Shown here: positions 1 through 11,080 of the stretch, in pieces | Layout of the letters: every line of letters begins with the position of its first letter | Position numbering within the stretch: the stretch's first letter is position 1 | Assembly: GCF_059719365.1 (NCBI RefSeq) | Contig: NZ_AP045814.1 | Direction: 5' to 3' (one strand) | DNA: 24,000 nt | The notes under the pieces: generated by a model | Database searches by the model: none | What the model saw: only the letters and a program-made list of their open reading frames with translations | What the model was told of the DNA's origin: nothing | Translations under genes and position numbers: made by a program

Positions 1-181
1 TGGCGGCGGTCGTGGACAGGGCGGTGGTCGCGGTCAACAGCAACCACGCCGTACGGAAAGTGGTGCGAAGTCTGGTAACGCGAAGCCCGCAGAAAAACCG
101 TCTCGTCGTCTCGGCGATGCCAAACCGGCAGGCGAACAACAACGTCGCCGCCGTCCGCGTAAACCTGCCGCTGCGCAGTAA
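1..181 (+). CDS. rhlE: ATP-dependent RNA helicase RhlE, C-terminal tail (5' part outside window)
   Basis: Frame 2 reads [59 protein letters not shown], a Gly/Arg/Gln-rich basic RhlE tail; stop TAA 179-181; located upstream of ybiA/dinG as in E. coli. Confidence 0.9.
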   Translation, partial: GGGRGQGGGRGQQQPRRTESGAKSGNAKPAEKPSRRLGDAKPAGEQQRRRRPRKPAAAQ

Positions 182-231
182 TCTTTTATGCCGGGCTATG
201 CCCGGCATGAGACTGATGACAAACACAAAAC

Positions 232-330
232 TGCCTGATGCGCTACGCTTATCAGGCCTACGTGAACTCTGCAATATATTGAATGTGCATGTTTTTGTAG
301 GCCGGATAAGGCGCTCGCGCCGCATCCGGC
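232..330. repeat. REP/BIME-type pair (two REP-like units in opposite orientation)
   Basis: GCCTGATGCGCTACGCTTATCAGGCCTAC ... GTAGGCCGGATAAGGCGCTCGCGCCGCATCCGGC, typical enterobacterial REP cores. Confidence 0.85.
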
Positions 331-413
331 ATTTCACAACAAGCACTTGTCAGCCATTTGCGAGCGCGGCAAAAAGATTTCTCTGTTTTAACGCCCACAA
401 GCCACCCGATGCG

Positions 414-611
414 TTACTTCTCCGCAGCCAATTGTCCGCGCAACGCCATTAAAAGGTACCCCAGGCGATTCTTGCCCTGACCATTACCGCCATCTCCCCA
501 GTAAGCATCATTTTGCGTATGCTCAACCAGTTTTGCGGACGCGGTTGCCCGCAAGAGTGTACGCAGTTCTGCATGTTGTTCGAATTTAGCGCGAAGCGCT
601 TTACGCATCAT
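414..611 (-). pseudogene. ybiA: 3' remnant of ybiA (NADAR-family N-glycosidase YbiA); N-terminal part missing
   Basis: MRKALRAKFEQHAELRTLLRATASAKLVEHTQNDAYWGDGGNGQGKNRLGYLLMALRGQLAAEK* matches the C-terminal ~64 residues of the ~160-aa YbiA; upstream residues MRKPEILYKQPILWHFSVFRGNGFSVSGKRLAITSR are antisense translation of the dinG promoter, not YbiA sequence. Confidence 0.8.
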
Positions 612-683
612 CCTGCTGGTTATTGCGAGCCGCTTTCCCGAAACAGAAAAACCATTACCCCTGAAAACCGAAAAATGCCACAA

Positions 684-703
684 TATTGGCTGTTTATACA
701 GTA
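684..703 (+). promoter_or_regulatory. LexA (SOS) box of dinG
   Basis: TATTGGCTGTTTATACAGTA matches the CTG-N10-CAG LexA architecture, 14 bp upstream of the dinG ATG. Confidence 0.88.
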
Positions 704-717
704 TTTCAGGTTTTCTC

Positions 718-2868
718 ATGGCATTAACCGCCGCGCTTAAAGCGCAAATTGCCGCCTGGTATAAGGCGCTTCAGGAACAGATCCCCGACTTTATTCCCCG
801 TGCGCCGCAGCGGCAGATGATTGCGGACGTCGCCAAAACGCTGGCCGGAGAAGAAGGGCGGCATCTGGCGATTGAAGCCCCTACCGGCGTTGGGAAAACG
901 CTCTCCTATTTGATCCCCGGCATCGCCATTGCCCGCGAAGAGCAAAAAACGCTGGTGGTAAGTACCGCCAACGTGGCATTGCAGGATCAGATCTACAGCA
1001 AAGATTTACCGCTGCTGAAAAAGATCATTCCCGATCTTAAATTCACTGCCGCTTTTGGGCGTGGGCGCTACGTTTGCCCGCGTAATCTGACAGCGCTCGC
1101 CAGCACTGAGCCCACGCAACAGGATCTGCTGGCGTTTCTTGACGATGAACTGACGCCGAACAATCAGGAAGAGCAAAAACGTTGTGCGAAGCTGAAGGGC
1201 GATCTCGACACTTATAAATGGGATGGTCTGCGCGATCATACTGATATCGCTATAGATGATGATCTCTGGCGTCGTTTGAGTACCGACAAGGCCAGCTGCC
1301 TCAACCGCAACTGTTATTACTATCGCGAATGCCCGTTTTTTGTCGCTCGTCGGGAAATTCAGGAAGCGGAAGTGGTGGTGGCAAACCATGCGCTGGTGAT
1401 GGCGGCGATGGAAAGCGAAGCGGTATTGCCTGACCCGAAAAATTTACTGCTGGTGCTGGACGAAGGTCATCACCTGCCGGATGTGGCGCGGGATGCGCTG
1501 GAGATGAGCGCCGAAATCACCGCGCCGTGGTATCGGCTACAGCTGGACTTGTTCACGAAACTGGTCGCTACCTGCATGGAGCAGTTTCGCCCGAAGACCA
1601 TCCCGCCGCTGGCGATCCCTGAACGTTTGAATGCGCATTGTGAAGAGTTGTATGAGCTTATCGCCTCGTTAAACAACATTCTCAATCTCTACATGCCTGC
1701 CGGGCAGGAGGCAGAGCACCGTTTTGCGATGGGCGAACTGCCAGATGAAGTGCTGGAGATCTGCCAGCGGCTGGCAAAACTCACCGAGATGCTGCGTGGC
1801 CTGGCGGAGTTATTTCTTAACGATTTAAGTGAGAAAACCGGCAGCCATGACATTGTACGTCTGCATCGGTTGATTTTGCAGATGAACCGCGCATTGGGGA
1901 TGTTCGAGGCGCAAAGCAAACTCTGGCGGCTGGCGTCTCTGGCGCAATCTTCCGGTGCGCCGGTGACCAAATGGGCGACGCGGGAAGAGCGCGAAGGGCA
2001 GCTACACCTTTGGTTTCACTGCGTGGGAATACGTGTCAGCGATCAGCTGGAAAGGCTGCTGTGGCGCAGTATTCCGCACATTATTGTTACCTCCGCAACC
2101 TTGCGTTCGCTGAACAGTTTTTCGCGTTTGCAGGAGATGAGTGGGCTGAAAGAGAAAGCGGGCGACCGTTTTGTGGCACTGGATTCCCCTTTTAACCACT
2201 GTGAACAGGGCAAAATTGTTATTCCCCGGATGCGCGTTGAGCCTTCCATCGACAACGAAGAGCAGCACATTGCCGAAATGGCGGCCTTTTTCCGTGAACA
2301 GGTGGAGAGCAAAAAACATCTCGGTATGTTGGTGCTGTTTGCCAGCGGGCGTGCGATGCAGCGCTTTCTCGACTATGTGACGGATTTACGCCTGATGTTG
2401 CTGGTGCAGGGCGATCAGCCACGTTATCGCTTAGTTGAACTGCACCGCAAACGCGTTGCCAACGGTGAGCGTAGCGTGCTGGTGGGCTTACAGTCCTTTG
2501 CCGAAGGTCTTGATCTGAAAGGCGATCTGCTCAGCCAGGTGCATATCCACAAGATCGCTTTTCCGCCCATCGACAGCCCGGTGGTGATCACCGAAGGTGA
2601 ATGGCTGAAAAGCCTCAACCGCTATCCGTTTGAGGTGCAAAGCCTGCCGAGCGCTTCGTTTAACCTGATTCAGCAGGTTGGGCGACTGATTCGAAGCCAC
2701 GGTTGCTGGGGGGAAGTGGTTATCTACGACAAACGCTTGCTGACCAAAAATTATGGCAAGCGACTACTGGATGCATTACCGGTATTTCCGATAGAGCAAC
2801 CGGAAGTCCCTGAAGGTATAGTTAAAAAGAAAGAAAAAACGAAATCCCCACGCCGTCGGCGGCGTTAA
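718..2868 (+). CDS. dinG: ATP-dependent DNA helicase DinG (XPD-like, SOS-regulated)
   Basis: 716-aa ORF; Walker A EAPTGVGKTLSYLIPG, four Cys including CLNRNCYYYRECPFF, DEGH box, VGRLIRS motif. Confidence 0.97.
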   Translation: MALTAALKAQIAAWYKALQEQIPDFIPRAPQRQMIADVAKTLAGEEGRHLAIEAPTGVGKTLSYLIPGIAIAREEQKTLVVSTANVALQDQIYSKDLPLLKKIIPDLKFTAAFGRGRYVCPRNLTALASTEPTQQDLLAFLDDELTPNNQEEQKRCAKLKGDLDTYKWDGLRDHTDIAIDDDLWRRLSTDKASCLNRNCYYYRECPFFVARREIQEAEVVVANHALVMAAMESEAVLPDPKNLLLVLDEGHHLPDVARDALEMSAEITAPWYRLQLDLFTKLVATCMEQFRPKTIPPLAIPERLNAHCEELYELIASLNNILNLYMPAGQEAEHRFAMGELPDEVLEICQRLAKLTEMLRGLAELFLNDLSEKTGSHDIVRLHRLILQMNRALGMFEAQSKLWRLASLAQSSGAPVTKWATREEREGQLHLWFHCVGIRVSDQLERLLWRSIPHIIVTSATLRSLNSFSRLQEMSGLKEKAGDRFVALDSPFNHCEQGKIVIPRMRVEPSIDNEEQHIAEMAAFFREQVESKKHLGMLVLFASGRAMQRFLDYVTDLRLMLLVQGDQPRYRLVELHRKRVANGERSVLVGLQSFAEGLDLKGDLLSQVHIHKIAFPPIDSPVVITEGEWLKSLNRYPFEVQSLPSASFNLIQQVGRLIRSHGCWGEVVIYDKRLLTKNYGKRLLDALPVFPIEQPEVPEGIVKKKEKTKSPRRRRR

Positions 2869-2895
2869 TGATGTGAGTCAGGTAAGGAGTCGTAA

Positions 2896-5083
<2,188 letters not shown>

Positions 5084-5084
<1 letters not shown>

Positions 5085-5112
5085 AAAAAAGCCCGTCCAG
5101 TGGCGGACGGGC
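5084..5112 (-). terminator. Terminator for the minus-strand ybiJ transcript
   Basis: GCCCGTCC agtg GGACGGGC-type stem (5091-5112); on the minus strand it is followed by a T8 tract that abuts the ybiC stop codon. Confidence 0.75.
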
Positions 5113-5232
5113 GAACAAGGGTAACATAGGATCAATGAGGGTTAGAGCATATGCGTCTGTCGGCAAACAGACAGGGAAATACTTGTGCTGAACGTAGCGT
5201 AAACGCCTGATCCAGCCAACGGTTCGGATTTT

Positions 5233-5309
5233 GTAGGTCTGATAAGACGCGGTAGCGTCGCATCAGGCATCTGTTGCCGGATGCGGCGTAAACGCCTTAT
5301 CTGTCCTAC
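5233..5309. repeat. REP/BIME-type pair
   Basis: GTAGGTCTGATAAGACGCGGTAGCGTCGCATCAGGC ... GCCGGATGCGGCGTAAACGCCTTATCTGTCCTAC. Confidence 0.85.
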
Positions 5310-5312
5310 GAA

Positions 5313-5573
5313 TTACTTATAAATTACCGCAGTACCGCTTAATTTATTGTTGTTGGTGGCGGAAGTAATGCTGTATCCACTGGCACCGGCCGCCGCGGCT
5401 TTCTCAGCCAGTTTCGCTTCCAGGGCATCGAGGGTGGATGCGCCATCGGCAGAAACCACGCCGATTTTATTCATGTTCTGTGCCTGGGATGCCGTTACCG
5501 GTTCCGCCGCGAACACGCCAAATGACAGAGTTGAAAGAGCCATAGCAGCAACAACAATATTGATAGTTTTCAT
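5313..5573 (-). CDS. ybiJ: YbiJ, small secreted protein of the BhsA/McbA (YhcN-domain) family
   Basis: 86 aa; signal peptide MKTINIVVAAMALSTLSFGVFA followed by a YhcN-like domain ending SGTAVIYK. Confidence 0.93.
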   Translation of the reverse strand: MKTINIVVAAMALSTLSFGVFAAEPVTASQAQNMNKIGVVSADGASTLDALEAKLAEKAAAAGASGYSITSATNNNKLSGTAVIYK

Positions 5574-5837
5574 AATTAATCTCTCGCAGGTGATTTTTGT
5601 ATAAGTGACGTTGTTTCGTCGATGTGATGAGTATCACGTTTTTTTACGAGAGATAAAATCGAAGAGAATTGACCGCCTTGTTCAAATAAATTGATTGATA
5701 TCTAACATACTGATAAACCATTTATTTGTTGTATTTATGAATCCGTTTTGTACCGCGTGGTGCTCACGGCAGCGTTAAAGGCACGGAATGCCACGCAAAA
5801 TACAAATTACACTCACTAAACATCCCGTCAGTTGCAG

Positions 5838-6104
5838 TTAACGTAACTGGCTGTCTTTCGAACCTCTGCGATTATATCCTGTATAAGCTGGTTTTTGTAA
5901 ATCTTTATCCTGTTGGCAATGAATGCATAAGCGCACGCCAGGAATGGCTTCCCGACGGGCCTGCGGGATAGGGGCACCGCACTCTTCACATTCATACAGG
6001 CTTTCGCCACGCGGAATTTCACCCCGAGCGCGGGCAATCGCATCTTCAATTGTACTGTTGATCTGTTCGTTGACGGCGTCATCATTAGCCCAACCGGATG
6101 CCAT
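5838..6104 (-). CDS. ybiI: YbiI, DksA/TraR-type C4 zinc-finger protein
   Basis: 88 aa with CEECGAPIPQARREAIPGVRLCIHCQ, the DksA/TraR zinc finger. Confidence 0.94.
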   Translation of the reverse strand: MASGWANDDAVNEQINSTIEDAIARARGEIPRGESLYECEECGAPIPQARREAIPGVRLCIHCQQDKDLQKPAYTGYNRRGSKDSQLR

Positions 6105-6177
6105 ATCGTCCTCCCCATATCAATACTTGTACAGTTAAGTGTAGCTAATATAGGGACGAACTCGGGCAGTTCAAGCG

Positions 6178-6855
6178 TCAGATCTCCGACCATTCCCGCA
6201 GCAGATTATGATAAAGATTGAGCAGTGACAGGATCTCTTCACTTTCGCCGTAGCGGCTTTTCAGCGACTGAATATTGTTGTCCAGTTCAAACAGCATGGC
6301 GCGCTTTTTATCATCACGGATCATCGACTGGATCCACATAAATGATGCCACTCGCACGCCGCGGGTTACGGGTGTCACGCAATGCAGGCTGCTGGAGGGA
6401 TACAACACCAGATCGCCTGCCGGGAGTTTTACCCGATGTTGCCCGAAGGTGTCATTAACGACCAGTTCGCCGCCGTCGTAGCTTTCTGGATCGCTTAAAA
6501 ACAGCGTGGCAGAAAGGTCAGTGCGCATCCAGCCGTTTTGTGGATGGCTGCGTACTGCGCCATCCACATGAAAACCATAGGTTTCATTGTTCTGATAGCG
6601 ATTAAACAGCGGCGTGGAAAGGGTACGCGGCAAGGCCGCGGCAAAGAACAAAGCATGTTGGTTAACCGCGTTCAGCACCTCATTTTGCAGGGCGGCGTAC
6701 AGGGCGCTGCGGGTGTCTACTTGTTGATTGTTCTTAACTTGCGCACCTTGTGCGCCGGTGGTGACGCGCCCATCCACCCATTCGGCTTGTTCCAGGTGTT
6801 CGCGAAAACGGGCGACGTCCTGTGGCGATAACACGCCGGGAATGTGGTACATCAT
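6178..6855 (-). CDS. ybiX: PKHD-type Fe(II)/2-oxoglutarate hydroxylase YbiX (PiuC-like)
   Basis: 225 aa from [17 protein letters not shown]; contains YGFHVDGA...[23 protein letters not shown] and [15 protein letters not shown]. The track ORF (to 6891) adds 12 non-native residues. Confidence 0.95.
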   Translation of the reverse strand: MMYHIPGVLSPQDVARFREHLEQAEWVDGRVTTGAQGAQVKNNQQVDTRSALYAALQNEVLNAVNQHALFFAAALPRTLSTPLFNRYQNNETYGFHVDGAVRSHPQNGWMRTDLSATLFLSDPESYDGGELVVNDTFGQHRVKLPAGDLVLYPSSSLHCVTPVTRGVRVASFMWIQSMIRDDKKRAMLFELDNNIQSLKSRYGESEEILSLLNLYHNLLREWSEI

Positions 6856-6923
6856 ACAAGTTCTCCAAAAAGTGGGGCCTGCGCCCCACACCGATTTTTA
6901 ACAGCAGGCAATGGTGCTCAGGT

Positions 6924-7020
6924 GCCGGATGCGGCGTGAACGCCTTATCCGGCCTACCAAATGATGTGAATTCAGTGTATTGCACAACCTTGTAGGCCTG
7001 ATAAGCGCAGCGCATCAGGC
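6924..7020. repeat. REP/BIME-type pair between ybiX and fiu
   Basis: GCCGGATGCGGCGTGAACGCCTTATCCGGCCTAC ... GTAGGCCTGATAAGCGCAGCGCATCAGGC. Confidence 0.88.
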
Positions 7021-7070
7021 AGTCCTGCTCTCGCCATCAACATTAGTGAGCCTTGCGCCCCACATCTGAA

Positions 7071-9353
7071 TCAGAAATGCATATTAGCTGTGAGCAAGAA
7101 GGTTCTTGGCTCGCCCGGGTGATAACGGTAGCCGCTCTTATTGATTGAGGCGACGTAATCGGTATCAAACAGGTTGTAGACGTTTAGCTGGAAGTCGAGA
7201 TTGCGATTAACCCGATACCCCAGTTTGGCGTCGGCGACCCAATAACCTTCGGTAAACGCTGGCGTTCCCACCGCGCCGTCTGAACCTTTATGCATACTGC
7301 CGATATACCGTGCGCCCGCACCAACAGAAATATCATCGCTTGCCTGATACTGGCTCCATAAGGTGAAGGCGTGTTCCGGGGTATACGGCAGCGATGAGGA
7401 ACCATCCTGGGCAACATCTTTGCCGTTTTTGATAGTTGCTTTTTGCTGGGTATAGCCGCCAATCATCTGCCATGCGGGGGTGATATTCCCGGCCACGGAT
7501 ATCTCGTAGCCTTCGACACGTTTCTTACCATATTGCGAATAAGTCCCGTCATCATTTTGCTCAACTTCATTTTCAATATCAGTACGGAACAGCGCGGCGG
7601 TAAGTAGCAGGCGTTTATCCAGAACCTGCCATTTGGTGCCAATCTCGCTGGTGTTGGCTTTTTGTGGTTTAAAATCGGTGCGGTTGGCACTGTTACCGCT
7701 GCCAGACTGCGCAAGGGCGAAGTTGTTGCCGCCCGGCGGCTGCTGGGAAACGGCATAGTTAATATAGACATTGCCGTTTTCCGTCAGGTGATACAGCGCC
7801 CCGGCTTTCCAGTTCACCAGATTGCCCGACTTGGCGGTGTCGACGGTGGTGACCGGAGAACCTTTTGCCACGCCAGCAGGGCAGGTGATGGCACCGCGCC
7901 CGCTGCCGCCGCAGGCGGTAGCACTGTCATATTCAGTATGATAATTATCCAGACGGATCCCGCCGTTCAGCTCAAAATCACGGGTGATTTGCAGCGTATC
8001 GAAGGCATAAATTGCGAAGGTATCCGTCTGACCATTGGCGTTTGCGCCGTTGCGCGTCAGGCCGCCGGGATGAATGCTGCTGTCAGGATGATAAATATTT
8101 ACCGCCGGTAACGTCACCGGATTAACGCCATAGTTAGTCTGTGTTTCGCGGGTAAATTCCACGCCGGTACTGAGATCATGACCGATAGCGCCGGTATAGA
8201 ATGTCGAGGTCAGGTTGGTCTGGTTGGTGAGAATTTTGTTACTCACATCTTTGGTATTCGCCGTGCGTGACCACGTCCAGCTATTCACATCGCTGGTGGG
8301 CTGGGTAATATTCGACGCTCCACCCATAATCGCCGTCATCAGGTAATCCTGCTTTACGCGCGACCAACGCGTAGTGTTGCGAATGGTGGCGTTATCGTTG
8401 ATGTCGTGCTCAAAACGCATGGTAGCGGTGTCGGTGATCGAATCGTCGTAATCGGAATCTGTGCCGTAAAAGTTATGAGTATCAACTTTTCCGGAATGAT
8501 TCAGGGCTGCTGTTCCCGCAGATGGGGCAGAATAACCCGGTAAACCGATAGTCGGAATGCCGCCGTCTGGCGTGTTGTGCTGGGTGACATGCAGATAATT
8601 AAGATACAAACGATTCGCTGTACCAAGGCCAAAAGCGACAGAAGGGGCGACGCCGTAACGCTCATTTTTGACTTTGTCGCGTCCGGCATCGTGCGTTTTT
8701 TCGCCCATTACATTCAGGCGCACCGCAGTGGTATCACCAATGACCTGATTGACGTCCAGCGTGCCGCGGCGGAACCAGGCGCTGCCAATACTGGCGGAGG
8801 CGTCAATGCCGGAATCATTGCGCGGCTGTTTGCTGATCATATTGATCGAGCCTGTCGGTGCGCTGCGCCCGTAGTCGGTGCCGGACGGCCCTTTAATTAC
8901 TTCGACCTGCTCGGTATTGAAGGTGTCGCGCGAGACGCTGCCGATATCGCGAATGCCATCGATATAAATACTGTTAGAGGTATCGGCACCGCGCATATAA
9001 ATGGCGTCGCCAGTGGTGGAGTTACCGTTCTCACCCGCAAAAAACGCACCCACGCCGGGGACGTTTTTGAGCGCGTCGGTAAGGTTGGTTGCACCCTGAT
9101 CTTTAATCACTTGTTCAGAAATCACTGTCATCGTGCGGGTAGTATCCGCTACCGGACGCGAGAATTTCGGATCGGCAGATTGTTGTGGCGCATAAAGCGA
9201 AGGCGTTGATGCTTCGACAACCAGCGTGTCATCCGCGTTAGCTTGCCCTTCGGCAGCGAGTGCCTGCGCCACAGGCGTAATACCAATACAAAGACCGGCA
9301 AAGAACGTGAGCGAATGAAATTGTCTGGCAGGGAAATTGCGATTGTTTTCCAT
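7071..9353 (-). CDS. fiu: Catecholate siderophore TonB-dependent outer-membrane receptor Fiu
   Basis: 760 aa; TonB box-like DDTLVVEA, plug domain SNSIYIDGIRDIGSVSRDTFNTEQVEVIKGPSG, C-terminal RTFLLTANMHF ending in aromatic residue. Confidence 0.97.
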   Translation of the reverse strand: MENNRNFPARQFHSLTFFAGLCIGITPVAQALAAEGQANADDTLVVEASTPSLYAPQQSADPKFSRPVADTTRTMTVISEQVIKDQGATNLTDALKNVPGVGAFFAGENGNSTTGDAIYMRGADTSNSIYIDGIRDIGSVSRDTFNTEQVEVIKGPSGTDYGRSAPTGSINMISKQPRNDSGIDASASIGSAWFRRGTLDVNQVIGDTTAVRLNVMGEKTHDAGRDKVKNERYGVAPSVAFGLGTANRLYLNYLHVTQHNTPDGGIPTIGLPGYSAPSAGTAALNHSGKVDTHNFYGTDSDYDDSITDTATMRFEHDINDNATIRNTTRWSRVKQDYLMTAIMGGASNITQPTSDVNSWTWSRTANTKDVSNKILTNQTNLTSTFYTGAIGHDLSTGVEFTRETQTNYGVNPVTLPAVNIYHPDSSIHPGGLTRNGANANGQTDTFAIYAFDTLQITRDFELNGGIRLDNYHTEYDSATACGGSGRGAITCPAGVAKGSPVTTVDTAKSGNLVNWKAGALYHLTENGNVYINYAVSQQPPGGNNFALAQSGSGNSANRTDFKPQKANTSEIGTKWQVLDKRLLLTAALFRTDIENEVEQNDDGTYSQYGKKRVEGYEISVAGNITPAWQMIGGYTQQKATIKNGKDVAQDGSSSLPYTPEHAFTLWSQYQASDDISVGAGARYIGSMHKGSDGAVGTPAFTEGYWVADAKLGYRVNRNLDFQLNVYNLFDTDYVASINKSGYRYHPGEPRTFLLTANMHF

Positions 9354-9457
9354 TTTGCAGGTGACTTTTTCTTATATGGTGAAATTTTCACTGTCACGAG
9401 AAAGCATCTCTGCGGATGCGATGCCACTGTTAATCCCGTGATAGCGTCCGTGCAAGT

Positions 9458-9482
9458 GATAATAATTTTGATAAGCATTATC
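9458..9482 (-). promoter_or_regulatory. Fur box(es) in the fiu promoter
   Basis: GATAATAATTTTGATAAGCATTATC resembles the Fur consensus GATAATGATAATCATTATC; lies ~105 bp upstream of fiu. Confidence 0.75.
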
Positions 9483-9617
9483 ACTTGGCGCGATTTTCTA
9501 TCACCCATTGCGCGAAAAAGAAATACATTTATTTACATTACGTTCATATTTGATGTTTTTTGCTTACAAATTGGACGAAAACTGCATCCAGAGGCGAATG
9601 CAGTTACGTTTGTGGGG

Positions 9618-9878
9618 TTATTTGTAGATGATTGCAGTACCGAACATCTGGTCATTTCCGCCTGCGGAATTAATGACATAACCTTTCGCGCCTTGTTCGC
9701 GCGCTTTTTCTGCCAGTTTATCCTCCAGATCGCTTAGGTTTGATGCGCCAGTTGCCGAAACGGTACCGGCGGGCCGTAGTTGACCACTGTCCAGGTTACT
9801 CATCGGTTGCGCGGCATAAGCCGTGAGAGAGATTCCGCTCAGGACGGTGGCAATCAGTAGTGTGAGGCACTTTTTCAT
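9618..9878 (-). CDS. mcbA: McbA, small secreted YhcN-domain protein (biofilm/colanic acid related)
   Basis: 86 aa from MKKCLTLLIATVLSGISLTAYA; C-terminal QGAKGYVINSAGGNDQMFGTAIIYK. The track ORF starts 48 codons too early. Confidence 0.93.
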   Translation of the reverse strand: MKKCLTLLIATVLSGISLTAYAAQPMSNLDSGQLRPAGTVSATGASNLSDLEDKLAEKAREQGAKGYVINSAGGNDQMFGTAIIYK

Positions 9879-10153
9879 AATGACATCCTCATAAATACAA
9901 CGGGTAGTGCCAGATAAGTGTAGGTCGCCTGCGCGATGAAAATGACGCAAAAAATTGACAGAGATGCGCTTATTTTTTGAACGATATGTTTTTACAAAAT
10001 AAGACAAATCAATGACATGCATGATGATGATTTTTATGGTGAATTGCCATAAACCATAGCCATGTGAAGGTTTTTAGAAATGATAAACGCAGCCAGATAT
10101 TTACCCTGTCGCGTTATGCGGGTATCTTACGCCGCTGCTTAAAGGAGAATGCT

Positions 10154-11080
10154 ATGTCCGCCCAGAAACCGGGGTTGCATCCGCGCAACCGTCATCACAG
10201 CCGCTACGATCTCGCCACGCTTTGTCAGGTCAATCCTGAACTCAGGCAATTCCTCACGCTTACACCCGCCGGGGAGCAAAGCGTAGACTTTGCCAATCCG
10301 CTGGCGGTGAAGGCGCTCAATAAGGCGTTGCTGGCCCATTTTTACGCCGTAGCGAACTGGGATATCCCGGACGGTTTTCTCTGCCCGCCAGTACCGGGCC
10401 GGGCGGATTATATTCATCACCTTGCCGATTTACTGGCTGAAGCAAGCGGAACAATTCCAGCTAATGCCAGCATTCTGGATATCGGCGTTGGTGCGAACTG
10501 TATTTATCCGCTGATTGGCGTACATGAATATGGCTGGCGTTTTACCGGTAGTGAAACCAGCAGCCAGGCGTTAAGCAGTGCGCAGGCGATCATCAGTGCT
10601 AATCCGGGGCTTAACCGCGCTATTCGTCTGCGTCGGCAAAAAGAGAGTGGGGCGATTTTTAACGGCATCATCCATAAAAACGAGCAATACGATGCGACCT
10701 TGTGTAACCCGCCATTCCACGATTCCGCCGCTGCGGCACGGGCAGGTAGTGAACGTAAACGCCGTAACCTGGGGCTGAACAAAGACGATGCACTGAACTT
10801 TGGTGGTCAGCAACAGGAGTTGTGGTGTGAAGGCGGTGAGGTCGCTTTTATCAAAAAGATGATTGAAGAGAGCAAAGGCTTCGCGAAGCAGGTGATGTGG
10901 TTTACCTCGCTGGTATCTCGTGGTGAAAACTTACCGCCGTTGTATCGTGCTCTGACGGACGTAGGTGCGGTGAAGGTGGTAAAAAAAGAGATGGCCCAGG
11001 GGCAAAAGCAGAGCCGCTTTATAGCCTGGACCTTTATGAACGACGAGCAGCGCCGCCGTTTTGTCAATCGCCAGCGTTAA
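10154..11080 (+). CDS. rlmF: 23S rRNA m6A1618 methyltransferase RlmF
   Basis: 308 aa from [20 protein letters not shown]; SAM motif [16 protein letters not shown] and catalytic CNPPFH; AAAGGAG RBS 6-13 bp upstream. Confidence 0.95.

Noticed and set aside
12-452. 146-aa + ORF at the left edge
   Set aside because: It is a different frame over the rhlE tail, continuing through the BIME; no recognisable family and no RBS. The rhlE frame explains the coding signal.
414-719. Treating the complete 101-aa ORF as an intact gene
   Set aside because: Only the C-terminal ~64 residues look like YbiA; the N-terminal third is antisense to the dinG promoter.
1006-2700. Several 60-130-aa ORFs antisense or out of frame to dinG
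   Set aside because: Shadow ORFs over a strongly supported coding sequence; no family motifs or ribosome-binding sites recognised.
7463-8111. ORFs antisense/alternate-frame to fiu (102 and 149 aa)
   Set aside because: Arg/Val-rich shadow translations; fiu fully explains the sequence.
8577-9209. 210-aa + ORF antisense to fiu
   Set aside because: Long, but compositionally a reverse-frame product of fiu, with no recognisable family or promoter/RBS. Conservation analysis would be needed to revive it.
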